Shown here piece after piece: positions 62,049 through 64,000 of a DNA stretch of 64,000 bases. Source of the stretch: a virus; the IMG/VR virus record IMGVR_UViG_3300027575_000002, positions 1-64,000 of that record. One strand, written 5' to 3'. Position numbers and translations under genes: made by a program. The stretch's first letter is position 1. Every line of letters starts with the position of its first letter. The notes under the pieces are model-generated. The model saw nothing but the letters and a program-made list of their open reading frames with translations. It made no database searches and was not told the origin of the DNA.

Positions 62049-63786
62049 GTTAGTTCAACCCGTGGTGACCACAGAGCAACCACAAACGAGTGAAACAATC
62101 ACTAAGCAATTAAGCCTTGCGGAGTTGATATCGCTGCATGAGCAGCTGAGGTGCGACCCACCGCCAGCAGACAAAAAGTCGCTGTCGGACAGGTTCCTCG
62201 TGCCGCCGTTCAGCGTGCTGGACGCGAGGCAGGGATACTGGCAGACACGCAAGCGCATGTGGATTGCATTGGGGATACAAAGTGAAATCGGCAGGGGCGA
62301 TACGCCGTCTACGTCCGCACGAGTTGGACCGGGCGACGCTCCCACCTATAGTCCTATAGGTTGGAGCGTCGCCAACAATGGCCTGCTCGGATTCTCCGAG
62401 CAGGCCAGGAACCACTACCGCGAGGCAAACGCCACGCCTGGAGGGAGCACGCTTCCAGCGTGCTCCCTTAAGAACGGCAAGACGCAGAGGGGGGATGGCC
62501 GTGGCAGACCACTTGCCAGAACCTTCGGTTCTGGCAACCCTGGTGATTTGGCTGAGGGGTTCAATATCAACAGTGGAAAAACAAATAGGTTGGCTCTCGG
62601 CGGGACGGGAGCCAACTCATGCTGGTTAGGCACAGCAGGGCCAGTAGGTGACCACGGTATCAACAAGAAGGCAGAAAATGCTGATGCTTCACTATATGGT
62701 GCATACGGCAAAGACGATGATGTGAGCCGCCGCAATGCGGCGGCTCAACCCCAGTCTGGTACGTCGATATTCGATCCTGTCGTGTGCGAGCTGGCGTACC
62801 GCTGGTTTTGCCCGCAGTTGGGTAGTGTGCTTGACCCCTTCGCGGGTGGATCAGTGCGCGGAATAGTGGCGGCGAAACTGGGCAGGAAGTACACAGGCAT
62901 GGACCTGAGCGCGAGGCAACTCGCTGCCAACGAGGCGCAGGCCGAGGCGATAGTGTCGAACAACAGACCGAGGTGGGTCGCCGGGGATTCGACGACGGTG
63001 TGTGAGGCAGTGCCAGGCGAGTACGACTTCGTGTTCAGCTGCCCCCCATACTTCGACCTCGAACTCTACAGCCACCACGAGGCCGACCTGTCGAACATGA
63101 CCTACGAGCAGTTCCTGGTGAAGTACCGCGAGATTGTCACCAACAGCTGCTCGATGCTCAAGGACGACAGGTTCGCGTGCTTCGTGGTGGGTGACCTGCG
63201 CGACGAGCGCGGCATGTACCGCAGGTTCGTGAGCGACACGATCCAGGCGTTCGTGGATGCAGGGCTGGAGTTGTACAACCGCGCCGTACTCGTCACCAGC
63301 GTTGGGTCACTGCCGATCAGGGTAGGCAGGCAGTTCAACAAATATCGCAAGTTGGGAACCACGCACCAGAACGTACTGGTGTTCGTCAAGGGTGACCCAG
63401 GCAAAGCGAGCGCAACGTGCGGCAGCGTGGACATGTCGGACTTGGAGTATCCGCAGCAGGGGGAATTGGCCATAGTCACCAATGACTTGACCGACGACGA
63501 TGTGCAAGTATTGGACGGTCGCGCGAGCGAAGACGGCGACATGATAGTGTTAGACTGCTCCACCGAGGAGGCAACCGTAGCCTGTGACGTGATCCGGTTT
63601 CAGGCATGGAAGGAGGGCAGAAATGCCCCACGCATATACATGCTAGGCAAGTCTGGATGGTCGCAGGTAGAGAGCGGCCAGATGTGCTACACGTCTAATG
63701 ACCGCGTGTACCTGCACCGCGAACACTTCCCAAACGCGCAGCTACCCGCTGTGGTGAACGACTACGAGCCGGAGGTGATACAATAG
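62041..63786 (+). CDS. DNA methyltransferase (N6-A/N4-C class)
   Basis: FLVPPFSVLDARQGYWQTRKRMW, motif I VLDPFAGGSVRG, motif IV FVFSCPPYFDLE; ends NDYEPEVIQ. Confidence 0.8.
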   Translation: MPKLVQPVVTTEQPQTSETITKQLSLAELISLHEQLRCDPPPADKKSLSDRFLVPPFSVLDARQGYWQTRKRMWIALGIQSEIGRGDTPSTSARVGPGDAPTYSPIGWSVANNGLLGFSEQARNHYREANATPGGSTLPACSLKNGKTQRGDGRGRPLARTFGSGNPGDLAEGFNINSGKTNRLALGGTGANSCWLGTAGPVGDHGINKKAENADASLYGAYGKDDDVSRRNAAAQPQSGTSIFDPVVCELAYRWFCPQLGSVLDPFAGGSVRGIVAAKLGRKYTGMDLSARQLAANEAQAEAIVSNNRPRWVAGDSTTVCEAVPGEYDFVFSCPPYFDLELYSHHEADLSNMTYEQFLVKYREIVTNSCSMLKDDRFACFVVGDLRDERGMYRRFVSDTIQAFVDAGLELYNRAVLVTSVGSLPIRVGRQFNKYRKLGTTHQNVLVFVKGDPGKASATCGSVDMSDLEYPQQGELAIVTNDLTDDDVQVLDGRASEDGDMIVLDCSTEEATVACDVIRFQAWKEGRNAPRIYMLGKSGWSQVESGQMCYTSNDRVYLHREHFPNAQLPAVVNDYEPEVIQ

Positions 63787-63790
63787 AGTC

Positions 63791-64000
63791 ATGCCAATAC
63801 TAAAATACCCAATGTTAACTCCAATTGAAAGACATGGAAACTTCCTAGTCAAGAGGGACGATCTTTGGGACGAGTGCGGCGTTGCTCACGGGGGCAAGGC
63901 AAGAACTGCTGGACTGATATGCCGCTACGTACTATCGAAGGGAGGGATTGCCATAGCCGTCGCGCTTGATCGGAACTCATCTGTGCCTGGAATGCTGTCG
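63791..64000 (+). CDS. PLP-dependent enzyme, ACC deaminase/D-cysteine desulfhydrase-like (3' end outside window)
   Basis: YPMLTPIERHGNFLVKRDDLWDECGVAHGGKARTAG resembles ...TPl.r...lyiKRDDl...GGNKxRkL of fold-type II PLP enzymes; runs to the window edge. Confidence 0.4.
   Translation, partial: MPILKYPMLTPIERHGNFLVKRDDLWDECGVAHGGKARTAGLICRYVLSKGGIAIAVALDRNSSVPGMLS

Noticed and set aside
1-64000. A prophage with host flanks, attachment sites, integrase or CRISPR/transposon content.
   Set aside because: Every stretch is phage-like, and no integrase, recombinase, transposase or repeat-spacer array was recognised. The tRNA-like pieces could be att-related, but with no integrase nearby this is only a remark.

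Overview
The whole 64-kb window reads as one densely packed, GC-rich (by eye, not computed) tailed-phage genome segment. I recognised no host flank, rRNA, CRISPR array, transposase or integrase. All family calls are motif recognition by eye, not searches.

Layout:
1. 1-2063: DNA methyltransferase (5' end cut by the window edge), a candidate PD-(D/E)xK nuclease and an HNH nuclease.
2. 2064-4960: A/T-rich control region, small Zn-finger ORFs, a structured non-coding stretch with a tRNA-like element, and a candidate small terminase.
3. 4951-40583, rightward packaging/virion/lysis block: large terminase, fibre-like ORFs including a LamG-like protein, a J-domain protein and the portal. Then a 923-aa polyvalent virion protein (Zn-metallopeptidase plus type IB topoisomerase domains), a protease/scaffold candidate, major capsid and neck/tail genes. 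Then a tail chaperone with an A_AAA_AAC -1 slippery site, a 957-aa tape measure with an N-terminal KTSC domain, distal tail/fibre genes and lysis candidates. The block ends in moron-like genes bracketed by two clean intrinsic terminators.
4. 40662-47139, leftward block: UvrD-like helicase, ParB/Srx-like protein and small ORFs.
5. 47140-47720: divergent control region with a near-consensus promoter, an operator palindrome and a promoter-proximal terminator.
6. 47720-64000, rightward early/replication block: RusA, a CsrA homologue, family-4 UDG, Dda/RecD-like helicase, GIY-YIG nuclease, Sak4-like ATPase, family A DNA polymerase, primase-helicase, a second DNA methyltransferase and the start of a PLP-dependent enzyme. 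A 2-gene leftward islet interrupts it.

Most unusual signals:
- Five unrelated ORFs, including both methyltransferases, end in the same C-terminal peptide (D)DYEP(E/T)VIQ. Two copies use different codons for it.
- About ten early genes start with M-P-x-L-x-x-P.
- Decayed copies of both terminal motifs lie next to the primase gene.
- The phage encodes a CsrA, and a GGA-rich tract sits in the divergent control region.
- Promoter-proximal terminator structures sit at the heads of both the early-right and late operons.
- There are two tRNA-like elements that do not fold as canonical tRNAs.
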